NCBI GenBank assembly: GCA_963663035.1
Contig: OY760074.1
Coordinates: 3,328,001-3,392,000 of the forward strand
Reading direction: 5' to 3'
Length of the DNA: 64,000 bases
Origin: Acidobacteriota bacterium
GTDB taxonomy: Bacteria; Acidobacteriota; UBA6911; RPQK01; JADFOI01
Shown here one piece after another: positions 39,557 through 48,771 of this stretch. The notes beneath the pieces are model-generated. The model saw nothing but the letters and a program-made list of their open reading frames with translations. It had not been told where the DNA came from and ran no database searches. How positions within the stretch are numbered: position 1 is the first letter of the stretch; every line of letters starts with the position of its first letter. The position numbers and the translations under genes are program-made.

Positions 39557-42500
39557 ATGTCTAAAAAATTACTAGGAATCTCTATCATTCTGTTAGCGGC
39601 AGTGATCTGCAGCCCGGCCGTTTTGGGACAGGGCACGACTGGAGCCATCTTTGGAACTGTCCAGGATTCGACGGGAGCGGTGCTGCCGGGGGCCGAAGTC
39701 ACGGTCACCCAGGTAGAGACCGGGAGATCCAGGGTGATCATTTCCGACGATGAAGGCAGATACCGCGCCCAGAGTTTGAATATAGGAAATTATGAGGTCA
39801 CTGCCAGTTTGCCCGGTTTTCAGACTTCGGTCAGAAGTGGCATAAGTCTGACGATTGGAAGAGAAGCGGTGGTCGACTTCACCCTGAGTATTGGAGAGAT
39901 CACAGAAAGAGTGACAGTCACCAGCGAAGCTTCGCTGGTGGCGACCACCTCGGGCTCCCTGGGGTCTCTGGTGGACCGGCAAACGGTTCTCGAACTCCCC
40001 CTCAATGGGCGTGACATGACTGTTCTGCTGACGCTGCAGGCGGGAGTTGTTAATCCCAGGACGAATAATACAGGAACCAGCTCGGGTTTTAGTCAACAGA
40101 TCAGTATTTCCGGAGCCCGTCCCCACGACAACTCGATTTTGCTGGACGGGACCGAGGTCAAGGGTATGGACCAGAGCGTTCCGGCCGGTATGTCGGGGAA
40201 TTTTATCGGGTCGGAAGCCATCCAGGAGTTCAAGATCGAGAGAAACTCCTACAGCGCCCAGTTTGGCGGAGCCTCGGGGGGTGTCATCAACGTGGTCAGC
40301 AAGGCCGGCACCAATGAGTTTCACGGCTCCATCTATGAATTTCACCGCAACGACGTCCTGGATGCCGCGGAATTTCGGGCTGCCACTATTGTGGATTCGT
40401 CTGGCGCTTTCGCCGGCAAGGATAAGCAGCCCTTTATTCGCAACCAGTTTGGGTTCAGTGTAGGAGGCCCCATCATCCCCAATAAGACCTTCTTTTTCGG
40501 GAATTACGAAGGCCTGCGGGATCGGCTCAGCTCCACGGGCTTCATGACCACCTTCACAGACGCGAAGCGGCTAGACCCGACAATTGATCCCGAGGTACTC
40601 CCCTATCTTGAGCTGTGGCCGCGGGCCGGGTCTTTAGGCGTAGATCTGGGGGATGGAAGGTCCCGGGAGCCGATAGGCCGATCCCAGCCCACGAATGAGA
40701 ACTTCTACCAGGTTCGGATCGATCACAACATCTCCGATGCTGATTCCATCTTCGCGCGGGTCACCCGTCAGACCTCAAACCGGATCAGGACGGAAAACAT
40801 TCCTGTGTGGTCGCATGACAACTTTGCCAACAATTTGTTTTTCACTCTTGAGGAGAAAAAGATTTTCTCGCCTCAAGTTCTCAATTCCTTTCGTGTTGGG
40901 TTCAACCGCCGCGGCATTGGGGAGTTTTCCAGTGAAACTCCTGAGCAAAACCCCAGCCTTCGCTTCGTTCCCGATGAGTTCTGGAGATCTCCGCTGGGTG
41001 CACCTCCTGTTGTAGGTAGGATTAATATCAGCGGCATGTCGGGCGTAGGTCTGTCACGCGGTTGGGTGGATCGCAAGGTCAACAGCTTTGAGTTCCTTGA
41101 CGATGTCATTTACAACCGGGGCCCTCACTCCCTGAAATTTGGGGCTACCATTCGCCGAATTCACCTAAACGGCCAGAACCCGTCTCGGATCGGAGGAGAA
41201 TTTGCGTTTTCGGACATCGACGATTTCCTGGCCGGTGAACCGAACCGATTTCGAGGCGATATCCAACCAACAAGCGACAGCACGCGGGGAATCCGCTACT
41301 GGATCGCGGGCTGGTACATTCAGGACGACTGGCAAGTGACTCCTCACTTGAACCTCAACATGGGCTTCCGGCATGAGTTTTACACCGTGCCCTATGAGGT
41401 CAACGGCAAGACGGCCAACCTGAAGAACCCTTTAACCGACACCTCTATCACGCTCTTGGACCAGGCGGTGGATTCCGCTGGTGCTCCGCTGGGCGGCGGC
41501 CGTCTCGGGAATGACTGGTTTGAAAATCCTTCTTTCAAGAGCTTTATGCCCCGCCTAGGCCTGGCCTGGGATCCCACCGGATCGGGAATGACGGCTGTGC
41601 GAGCAGGCTTTGGGATCTTCTACAATCACATTCAATCTGAAGTTTTCCGGCAGGCTTCTTTTCGCACCCAGCCTTTTTTGATTGAGACCAATATTCGGGG
41701 GAGTGGCAATGACATTCCTTTCCCCAACATCTATGATCCGGTGGTCAACCAGGGTCTGGGTCAAGGCGACATGCACCTGTTCCCCTATGATTGGGCAAAG
41801 AATCCCCACATGCTCCAGTGGAATCTGAACGTTCAGCAGGAGATCTTTAACCAGACGGCAGTGACGGTGGGTTATGCCGGAGCCCGGGGCATCAGCCTGC
41901 AAACGAGTATAAATCTGAATCAACCCCTGACCCATGAGGTGATCGACGGCCGCGTCACCTTTCCAGACGATGCTGTGGTTGCCAATCCCTTCTGGGAGAT
42001 AGACCTGCAGACCCGGGCGCAGGCGGCCGATTCCTATTACAACAGCCTGCAGATGGGTCTGCAGCGTCGCTTTCGGGACGGCTGGCAGCTACAGGTTTCC
42101 TACACCTTTTCCAAGACCCAGGATACCTCTTCCCAGACCAATCCGACCTTCGGCAATGAGGGAGGAGGCATCGTCTATACCTATCTGCCCCACATGCGCA
42201 AGAGCCTAGCCGCCTTCCATCTAGCAAACAGCTTTTCAAGCAGCGCCGTGTGGCAGCTTCCCTTTGGTTCGGGCAAGCCCTTTGGCAGCAATTGGACCGG
42301 TCTCATGGACAAGATTCTCGGCGGCTGGCAGCTCAGCACCATCGTCACGATTGCCGATGGGTCACCGGACAGCATCGAGGAAAGCGAGTCCAGCTTTCTG
42401 AGCAACCTCAGTATAGAAACCAATACTCCCGATGAGGCATCCGGAGGCAGCAACAATCCGGTGCTGGGAGACCCCGACCTCTACTTTGACCCCGCCGCCT

Positions 42501-42808
42501 TTGAGTCTGTTTGTACATCCAGCACCTGCGACCGAGACCAAACCTTCGGGAAGGTGGGACGCAATACCCTGATTATTCCGGGCCTCGCCAATGTGGACTT
42601 GTCCTTCACCAAAAAGACGGGGATCGGCGAAAACGTGAGTGTGCAGTTTCGGGCTGAGATGTTCAACATCTTCAACCGCCCCAACTTTGAAGGTCCGAGC
42701 GTCAGAGTCTTCAGGACCCGCAGCAGAACTGATAGCAGTGCGGGATTTATAGGCGGTACGATCGTGCCGATGCGCCAGGTCCAGTTCGGTCTGAGAATCG
42801 TCTTCTAA
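39557..42808 (+). CDS. TonB-dependent receptor (Oar-like), copy 2
   Basis: Same motifs as copy 1; ends QVQFGLRIVF. Confidence 0.93.
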   Translation: MSKKLLGISIILLAAVICSPAVLGQGTTGAIFGTVQDSTGAVLPGAEVTVTQVETGRSRVIISDDEGRYRAQSLNIGNYEVTASLPGFQTSVRSGISLTIGREAVVDFTLSIGEITERVTVTSEASLVATTSGSLGSLVDRQTVLELPLNGRDMTVLLTLQAGVVNPRTNNTGTSSGFSQQISISGARPHDNSILLDGTEVKGMDQSVPAGMSGNFIGSEAIQEFKIERNSYSAQFGGASGGVINVVSKAGTNEFHGSIYEFHRNDVLDAAEFRAATIVDSSGAFAGKDKQPFIRNQFGFSVGGPIIPNKTFFFGNYEGLRDRLSSTGFMTTFTDAKRLDPTIDPEVLPYLELWPRAGSLGVDLGDGRSREPIGRSQPTNENFYQVRIDHNISDADSIFARVTRQTSNRIRTENIPVWSHDNFANNLFFTLEEKKIFSPQVLNSFRVGFNRRGIGEFSSETPEQNPSLRFVPDEFWRSPLGAPPVVGRINISGMSGVGLSRGWVDRKVNSFEFLDDVIYNRGPHSLKFGATIRRIHLNGQNPSRIGGEFAFSDIDDFLAGEPNRFRGDIQPTSDSTRGIRYWIAGWYIQDDWQVTPHLNLNMGFRHEFYTVPYEVNGKTANLKNPLTDTSITLLDQAVDSAGAPLGGGRLGNDWFENPSFKSFMPRLGLAWDPTGSGMTAVRAGFGIFYNHIQSEVFRQASFRTQPFLIETNIRGSGNDIPFPNIYDPVVNQGLGQGDMHLFPYDWAKNPHMLQWNLNVQQEIFNQTAVTVGYAGARGISLQTSINLNQPLTHEVIDGRVTFPDDAVVANPFWEIDLQTRAQAADSYYNSLQMGLQRRFRDGWQLQVSYTFSKTQDTSSQTNPTFGNEGGGIVYTYLPHMRKSLAAFHLANSFSSSAVWQLPFGSGKPFGSNWTGLMDKILGGWQLSTIVTIADGSPDSIEESESSFLSNLSIETNTPDEASGGSNNPVLGDPDLYFDPAAFESVCTSSTCDRDQTFGKVGRNTLIIPGLANVDLSFTKKTGIGENVSVQFRAEMFNIFNRPNFEGPSVRVFRTRSRTDSSAGFIGGTIVPMRQVQFGLRIVF

Positions 42809-42838
42809 GAGACGCCGGGCTGATTTAAGAAGCGAAAC

Positions 42839-42869
42839 GTGCCCCCTGAAGCCAGGCTTCAGGGGGCAC
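42839..42869 (+). terminator. GC-rich hairpin (probable terminator), copy 2
   Basis: GTGCCCCCTGAAGC-CAG-GCTTCAGGGGGCAC. Confidence 0.75.
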
Positions 42870-43052
42870 TTGCGGTTTTACACCCATCTGCACCAGGTTG
42901 GATCCCTGTTTTCCTGAAGGTGAGAGGAGCCTCTACGGAAAGCACGGTGCTCCGGAGGTCTCTCCTGAGAATCAACTAACTTAGCAGGCAGTGACCAAGA
43001 GTTGTCTGGGGATTCAGCGCCTTGAGCCAAGTCTCCTCAGGAGCCCTTGCGA

Positions 43053-43146
43053 TTCAATAAATTGTTGAATTATTCAAAAAATTGAACCGTCGGAAAGCAA
43101 CAGCTGCTGAAAACAAAGCAGTTAGGTCATTGGCACAGATCTTGCT
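43053..43146 (+). promoter_or_regulatory. Palindromic upstream site plus sigma54 promoter, copy 3
   Basis: 34-bp site at 43053-43086, a 44-nt gap, TGGCACAGATCTTGCT at 43131-43146. Confidence 0.85.
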
Positions 43147-43194
43147 TTCTGTGCCAAACGACGTTAGAAAAAGTTAAGAAACTATAGATTTAAC

Positions 43195-43223
43195 TTGAAC
43201 TATGGTCTCATTTAGTTTCTAAT
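43195..43223 (+). promoter_or_regulatory. Sigma70-like promoter, copy 3
   Basis: TTGAAC-17 bp-TCTAAT. Confidence 0.6.
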
Positions 43224-43321
43224 AGGGCGCGAAAAGGCACAATAATCTTTGACTTCATTCATTTTATAAGTTTTGTGTATCAAGTTTCAGAACATTTCAA
43301 TCTTTAACTCGAGGAGTATCC

Positions 43322-46300
43322 ATGTCTAAAATTTACTTAGGACTATTTGTCATTCTGTTGGCGGCAGTGATCTGTAGCCCGGCCGTCTTGGGACAAACGA
43401 CTGCAACCATCTTTGGAGTTGTCCAGGATTCGACGGGAGCGGTGCTGCCGGGGGCCGAAGTGACGGTCACCCAGGTAGAGACGGGGAGATCCAGGGTTCT
43501 CATTTCCGATGATGAAGGCAGATACCGCGCTTCCAATTTGAATGTGGGGAACTATGAAATCGAGGCCAGCCTGCCCGGCTTTCAGACCGCGGCCAGAAGT
43601 GGAGTCGAGCTGAACATCGGCCGGCTGGCCGAGGTGGACTTCACCCTGACGGTAGGAGAGATCACCGAGAGGGTGACAGTTACCGGTGAGGCACCCTTGA
43701 TTCAGACCACCTCCAGCAGCCTGGGCGATCTGGTCGACCGAAACACAGTGCTCAATCTCCCCCTCAACGGGCGTGACCTGACGGCTCTGCTCACCTTGCA
43801 ATCGGGAACGACTGTCTCTACCAGTGCCAGCACGGGAGCCAGCCCCGGATTTAGCACCAAGATCAGTATTTCAGGAGCCCGGCCTCAGGACAACGCCGTC
43901 TTGTTGGATGGAACAGAAGTGAAGGGCATGGATGGAGGCGTCCCGGCCGGTATGGCGGGGAACTTTGTTGGTATTGAGGCCATCCAGGAGTTCAAGATCG
44001 AGAGAAACGCCTACAGTGCCCAGTTTGGGGGCAATGCGGGCGGCGTCATCAATGTCGTCAGCAAATCGGGCACCAATGATTTTCATGGCTCCCTCTATGA
44101 GTTCCATCGAAACGACAATCTGGATTCAGCCAAATGGGAGACCAACCGGGCTGGCGGAGAGAAAGACGAGTTCAAGCGCAACCAGTTCGGGTTCAGTATT
44201 GGAGGTCCAGCCATCAGAAACAAGACCTTCTTTTTCTTTAACTACGAAGGCCTGAGGGACAGGCTGGGCGTGACAAGTCAACCGGTAGTATGGACCGACG
44301 CCACACGAAACGGACTGCTGCCGCTGGTTGGCGGAGAAGTTGTGACCGGCGCACCTCTGGTGCCCTACACAATTGCTCCCAATCTGTCTGTGGGTGGCGT
44401 ATCCTATCTGGACCTGTGGCCAAGGGCAGATGCCTCGTCACAGGATACGGGGGAGGGAACGGCGCGAAAGACCATCTCAATATCACAAGCCACCGATGAG
44501 AACTTTTACCAGTTGCGCGTTGACCACAACCTGTCGGATTCCGACTCCATATTTGGGCGGCTCACCCGCCAGACCTCCGAACAGGTGACCCCGCCGCTGT
44601 TCTTCTGGGCCACTGAGTCCTTCGCCCCCAATTTCTTTCTCACTCTAGAAGAGAAAAAGATTTTCTCGCCTCACGTCCTGAACACCTTTCGGGCGGCCTT
44701 TAACCGCCGCGGGCAGGGGCAACGTTCCTTTGAAGAAGGCCTGGACCCCTCTCTTGACGTCCTGAAATTCGTTCCCCTGGCCAATTGGCAGGCCCCCTTG
44801 GGTGCCCAGTGGAGTCAGGGTAGTATCGGCGGCACCGGCGCCTCTGGTGTTGGCCTTGGACGCGGCTGGGTCGATCGCAAGATCAATCGTTTTCAATGGG
44901 CTGACGATCTGGTCTGGAACCAGGGCAGCCACTCCTGGAAATTTGGCTTTGACTGGCAGGTCATTCAACACAATGGCGCCAATCCATCGCGCCCAGCCGG
45001 TGCCTACACCTTTAGCGGTATCGAGGACTTTCTGCTGGATGCGGATGTTAGTGGATTCAGAGGCGACATCTCGCCCAATTCCGAAGGCGTCCGAGGTCTG
45101 CGCTGGGATATCTTTGGCTGGTACGTTCAGGACGATTTCCAAGCGACTCGCAATTTGACCTTGAACCTGGGCTTTCGGCACGAATTTTTCACCGTGCCCT
45201 ACGAAGTCAATGGCAAGATCGGCAACATTAAGGATCCTGTGAATGACGGGTTGGCCGACTATATCGTAGGAGACTGCAACGTGAACAGTGAGCCTTGCGC
45301 CAGCTTCCCGAACAGGGGAGAGGACTGGTTTTTAAATCCTTCCATAAAGAGCTTCGCACCCCGCATCGGTTTCGCCTGGGATCCCACAGGTGAAGGGAAG
45401 ATGGCCCTCCGAGGTGGAGCTGGAATCTTCTGGAATCATATCGCGCCTGGGACTTTCCGCCAGGCGGTCCACCGCACTCACCCCTGGTTGATTGAAACAA
45501 ACATCCGCAGCGGCGGCAAGATAACACTCCCCGACGGATCCGTCGTAGATATTCCCTTTCCCGGGATTTTTGATTTGATAGCGTCTCAGCCTATTATTGG
45601 CGATATTCAGGGATTCCCGTATGACTACGCAGACAATCCTTCCGCCTACCAGTGGAACCTGAACATCCAGCGCGAGATCCTTGCCAACACCGCACTGACG
45701 GTGGGTTACGCTGGAACACGAGGGCTCAACCAGGTCCAGCAAGTCAATCTCAATACTGCTACGGCCACTGAAGTTAATGGCCGCTGGGTATTCCCGGATG
45801 GTGCCGCGCGGCCCTCCCATCCGGACTTTCAACACTTGAACCTGCGTTGGCGAGACACCTCGGCGGACGCCTGGTACAACAGTCTGCAAGTGGGTGTTCA
45901 GCGGCGCTTTTCGAGCGGTTATCAGTATCAACTCTCCTATACCTTCTCCAAGACCATGAACACGGCCTCTCAGATCAACAATGACTTCCGTGCTGGTGAA
46001 GGCGCAACCATGGAGTATTATTTTGACCCGGCCATGCGGACGGGCCTGGCGCCCTGGCATGTGGCGCAGTCCTTCCGGGCCAGCTGGGTGGCTGAGCTGC
46101 CCTTGGGTCAGGGTAAGGCCTTTGGCGGCGGTATGACGGGCGTGGCACAGGCGCTCCTGGGTGGCTGGCAGGCAGGGGGCATTTTGAGCCTGTCTGACGG
46201 ATCACCGGTGACCATCGACATGTCAAGTCCCAGATCCAACTCCTTGAGCGGTCTGGGATTGGGAAATACCCAGCCTGACCTGATGCCCGGAGGCGATAAC

Positions 46301-46669
46301 AATCCGGTCTTCGATGGTCCGGGCCGTGGGGACCTTTATTTTGACGTGAACCAATTTGTGCTTCCTCCTGAGAACGTAGGGGGAATTTGGGATGGTGATA
46401 TCAGAACCATCGGTAATTTAGGCCGCGCCACCTTGATTAATCCGGGCTTTGCCCAGCTGGACTTCTCGCTGGGTAAAAGCTCCTATGCAACAGAAGACCT
46501 CAACGTGGAAGTTAAATTCGAGGGTTTCAACCTTCTCAACCGGGCCAATTTGGGTACCCCAGACGACACTATTTTCAGCTCGAGCGGACGAAGGCGTAGT
46601 AGTGCCGGCCGCATCGGCAGTACCCGCGGCGAGCGCCAGATCCAGATCGGCCTGAGACTTTCCTTTTAA
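43322..46669 (+). CDS. TonB-dependent receptor (Oar-like), copy 3
   Basis: Same motifs as copies 1 and 2; ends QIQIGLRLSF. Confidence 0.93.
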   Translation: MSKIYLGLFVILLAAVICSPAVLGQTTATIFGVVQDSTGAVLPGAEVTVTQVETGRSRVLISDDEGRYRASNLNVGNYEIEASLPGFQTAARSGVELNIGRLAEVDFTLTVGEITERVTVTGEAPLIQTTSSSLGDLVDRNTVLNLPLNGRDLTALLTLQSGTTVSTSASTGASPGFSTKISISGARPQDNAVLLDGTEVKGMDGGVPAGMAGNFVGIEAIQEFKIERNAYSAQFGGNAGGVINVVSKSGTNDFHGSLYEFHRNDNLDSAKWETNRAGGEKDEFKRNQFGFSIGGPAIRNKTFFFFNYEGLRDRLGVTSQPVVWTDATRNGLLPLVGGEVVTGAPLVPYTIAPNLSVGGVSYLDLWPRADASSQDTGEGTARKTISISQATDENFYQLRVDHNLSDSDSIFGRLTRQTSEQVTPPLFFWATESFAPNFFLTLEEKKIFSPHVLNTFRAAFNRRGQGQRSFEEGLDPSLDVLKFVPLANWQAPLGAQWSQGSIGGTGASGVGLGRGWVDRKINRFQWADDLVWNQGSHSWKFGFDWQVIQHNGANPSRPAGAYTFSGIEDFLLDADVSGFRGDISPNSEGVRGLRWDIFGWYVQDDFQATRNLTLNLGFRHEFFTVPYEVNGKIGNIKDPVNDGLADYIVGDCNVNSEPCASFPNRGEDWFLNPSIKSFAPRIGFAWDPTGEGKMALRGGAGIFWNHIAPGTFRQAVHRTHPWLIETNIRSGGKITLPDGSVVDIPFPGIFDLIASQPIIGDIQGFPYDYADNPSAYQWNLNIQREILANTALTVGYAGTRGLNQVQQVNLNTATATEVNGRWVFPDGAARPSHPDFQHLNLRWRDTSADAWYNSLQVGVQRRFSSGYQYQLSYTFSKTMNTASQINNDFRAGEGATMEYYFDPAMRTGLAPWHVAQSFRASWVAELPLGQGKAFGGGMTGVAQALLGGWQAGGILSLSDGSPVTIDMSSPRSNSLSGLGLGNTQPDLMPGGDNNPVFDGPGRGDLYFDVNQFVLPPENVGGIWDGDIRTIGNLGRATLINPGFAQLDFSLGKSSYATEDLNVEVKFEGFNLLNRANLGTPDDTIFSSSGRRRSSAGRIGSTRGERQIQIGLRLSF

Positions 46670-46700
46670 GCAGAAGGCGGGCTGATTGAAGAAGCGAAAG

Positions 46701-46731
46701 GTGCCCCCTGAAGCCAGGCTTCAGGGGGCAC
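46701..46731 (+). terminator. GC-rich hairpin (probable terminator), copy 3
   Basis: GTGCCCCCTGAAGC-CAG-GCTTCAGGGGGCAC, followed by TTGCTATTTT. Confidence 0.75.
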
Positions 46732-46934
46732 TTGCTATTTTGCACCTAATTGCAAGAGGGTATCGCTTTTGGTGCTTGGGTGGTGGTATTGTGTTTTTTT
46801 CCATGGGGCACTGTTCGAGTTAATTCGGCACCTGAGGTGCCTTGGCACAAGTGCCTCTCACCTTGAGGCTGGTTCCCTATCTTCCTGAAGGTGGGAGGCG
46901 CCTCAGGCGCCGAATCATAACGGAGGAGAATTTA

Positions 46935-48689
46935 ATGAACAAGCACGGTTGGCATTCTTTTCAGGCTTTTCTATTACTCACGGTACTCTTTTTCACGCTG
47001 GGACCGGTTGCAGCTCAGAGCACCGGCAGCCCGCCTCCTGAAGTCCTTGCCTATGCGGATCTGGTTTTTTACAACGGCAAGATTTTAACGGCCGATGAGC
47101 AGTTCACCATCGTCCAGGCGGTGGCCATTCGAGACGGGAAGTTTCTGGCCCGTGGAGATGACAGGAGGATCCTGGCCATGGCCGGGCCCCGAACGCGGCG
47201 AGTTGACCTGGAGGGCCGCAGCGCGATTCCCGGGTTTATTGATACCCACTTGCATTCCGCTTGGGTGACCAGCCCGCGCCGGGCAACTGGGGAGGCGGCC
47301 GTGCGCCCCGCAGCACCGCGGATAAACTTCGACTCGCTGGAAAATGCCCTGGAGGGTTTACGGGCCCGCGTGGCAGAGGCCCAGCCTGGCGAGGTCATTG
47401 CGCTGAGCGGACCCAGCAACCCAGTCGTGAACCACGAGCTCAACGTCACTCTTCTGGATGAGATTGCTCCGGACAATATGCTCTGGATTGAAGCTTCCAA
47501 TGATCAGATTGTGGGCAATAGCCTGGTTATGGCCAAAATTCCTGAAGGAATTCCGGGCGTCATCACAGACGAGCAGGGTCGTAGGACAGGCCACCTGAGA
47601 GGAGCGGCTGCCGGGATTCCCACCTATGAGCTGGAGCCCTGGCCGGATGTGGAGCTTTTACTGGAACCTCAGATCGACTCCTTCCGACGCTACAATGAGT
47701 TGGGACTGACCACCCTGATGGGGCGTGCCGGCGGTCTGTCGGTAACCGTCTTTAGGGATTTGATGGTGCAGGATGCACTCACCATGAGAGTTCGTGTCCA
47801 CCACCACTTCCTGCGTCAGAATGGATTTGCCGAGGCCTACTTGAAAAGAATGGGGAACCTGACCGGTGTGGGCAACGAAATGTTCAAAATCGTGGGGACC
47901 TCGGTCCAGGTGGTGGATGGCACTTCCGGAAACGGGTCGGCCGCAACCACTCAAGCCAAACTCAAGATCCTTCCGGGAGATCCTTACGGACCTTTCGGCA
48001 TGAACAAGTGGGAAGAAAGTGGTGATCTGGCTACCAGTGACCGGCAAAGCATTATCCTGGCCAATCGTTACGGCTGGTCGGTGGGATCGCTGCACAGTTC
48101 TGGAGACCTGAGCAACACCCTTTTGCTGGAGGTCTTTGAGGAAGCGCATCAGGAGAGGTCCTTAGTGGGTCGCCACTTCGGAATCGATCACGGCATGATG
48201 TGGAAGCCCGAGCACTATGCAAAGATCATCGAGATGGACGTTATTCCCAGTGTCTATTCCAAGGCCCTCTACAACAACGATAATCTGGTTGAAATGTATG
48301 GAATGGACGCCGTCTACAAGATGCAGCCGGTCAAGTCCCTGATCGAGGCCGGCATCAGGCCGGCGGCGGAAGCCGACACCGGTGGTACTGCCGCGGCACC
48401 TCTGTACAACATGCAAAGGTGGATCACTCGGCGGGACGACAAAGGGCGGCAACTGGATCCGGCTGAAGCGGTCAGCCGGGAAGAAGCCCTTTACCTGTAC
48501 ACCCTCTGGGCGGCCGCCTACAGCGGGGAAGAGGACATCCTCGGTTCCATCGAAGCCGGAAAGCTGGCCGATCTGGTGGTATTGGGAGGCGACTACATGA
48601 CCTTTCCCGAAGACGATCTGGACAAACTCCGGATATTGATGACCGTGCTGGGAGGTGAAGTCGTCCACGAGGCCGACGGCGCTTTCTAA
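46935..48689 (+). CDS. Secreted amidohydrolase family 3 (YtcJ-like), paralog 2
   Basis: SD GGAGGAG, ATG 46935, signal peptide; PGFIDTHLH, HSSGD, DH, EAD, GSIEAGKLADLVVL. Confidence 0.88.
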   Translation: MNKHGWHSFQAFLLLTVLFFTLGPVAAQSTGSPPPEVLAYADLVFYNGKILTADEQFTIVQAVAIRDGKFLARGDDRRILAMAGPRTRRVDLEGRSAIPGFIDTHLHSAWVTSPRRATGEAAVRPAAPRINFDSLENALEGLRARVAEAQPGEVIALSGPSNPVVNHELNVTLLDEIAPDNMLWIEASNDQIVGNSLVMAKIPEGIPGVITDEQGRRTGHLRGAAAGIPTYELEPWPDVELLLEPQIDSFRRYNELGLTTLMGRAGGLSVTVFRDLMVQDALTMRVRVHHHFLRQNGFAEAYLKRMGNLTGVGNEMFKIVGTSVQVVDGTSGNGSAATTQAKLKILPGDPYGPFGMNKWEESGDLATSDRQSIILANRYGWSVGSLHSSGDLSNTLLLEVFEEAHQERSLVGRHFGIDHGMMWKPEHYAKIIEMDVIPSVYSKALYNNDNLVEMYGMDAVYKMQPVKSLIEAGIRPAAEADTGGTAAAPLYNMQRWITRRDDKGRQLDPAEAVSREEALYLYTLWAAAYSGEEDILGSIEAGKLADLVVLGGDYMTFPEDDLDKLRILMTVLGGEVVHEADGAF

Positions 48690-48710
48690 GGAAATTTGTA
48701 AATGCGGTGT

Positions 48711-48747
48711 AAATGCGGGGACAGTCTACTCTGTCCCCACATTTCCC
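48711..48747. repeat. REP-like palindrome, copy 2 (inverted relative to 8401-8440)
   Basis: AAATGCGGGGACAG-TCTACT-CTGTCCCCACATTTCCC. Confidence 0.8.
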
Positions 48748-48771
48748 ACATTCATAGGGAGGGAGGATCTG

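Noticed and set aside
35630-46740. CRISPR-like interpretation of the recurring intergenic blocks
   Set aside because: The repeats are 3.6-3.9 kb apart, separated by whole genes, and no cas genes are present.
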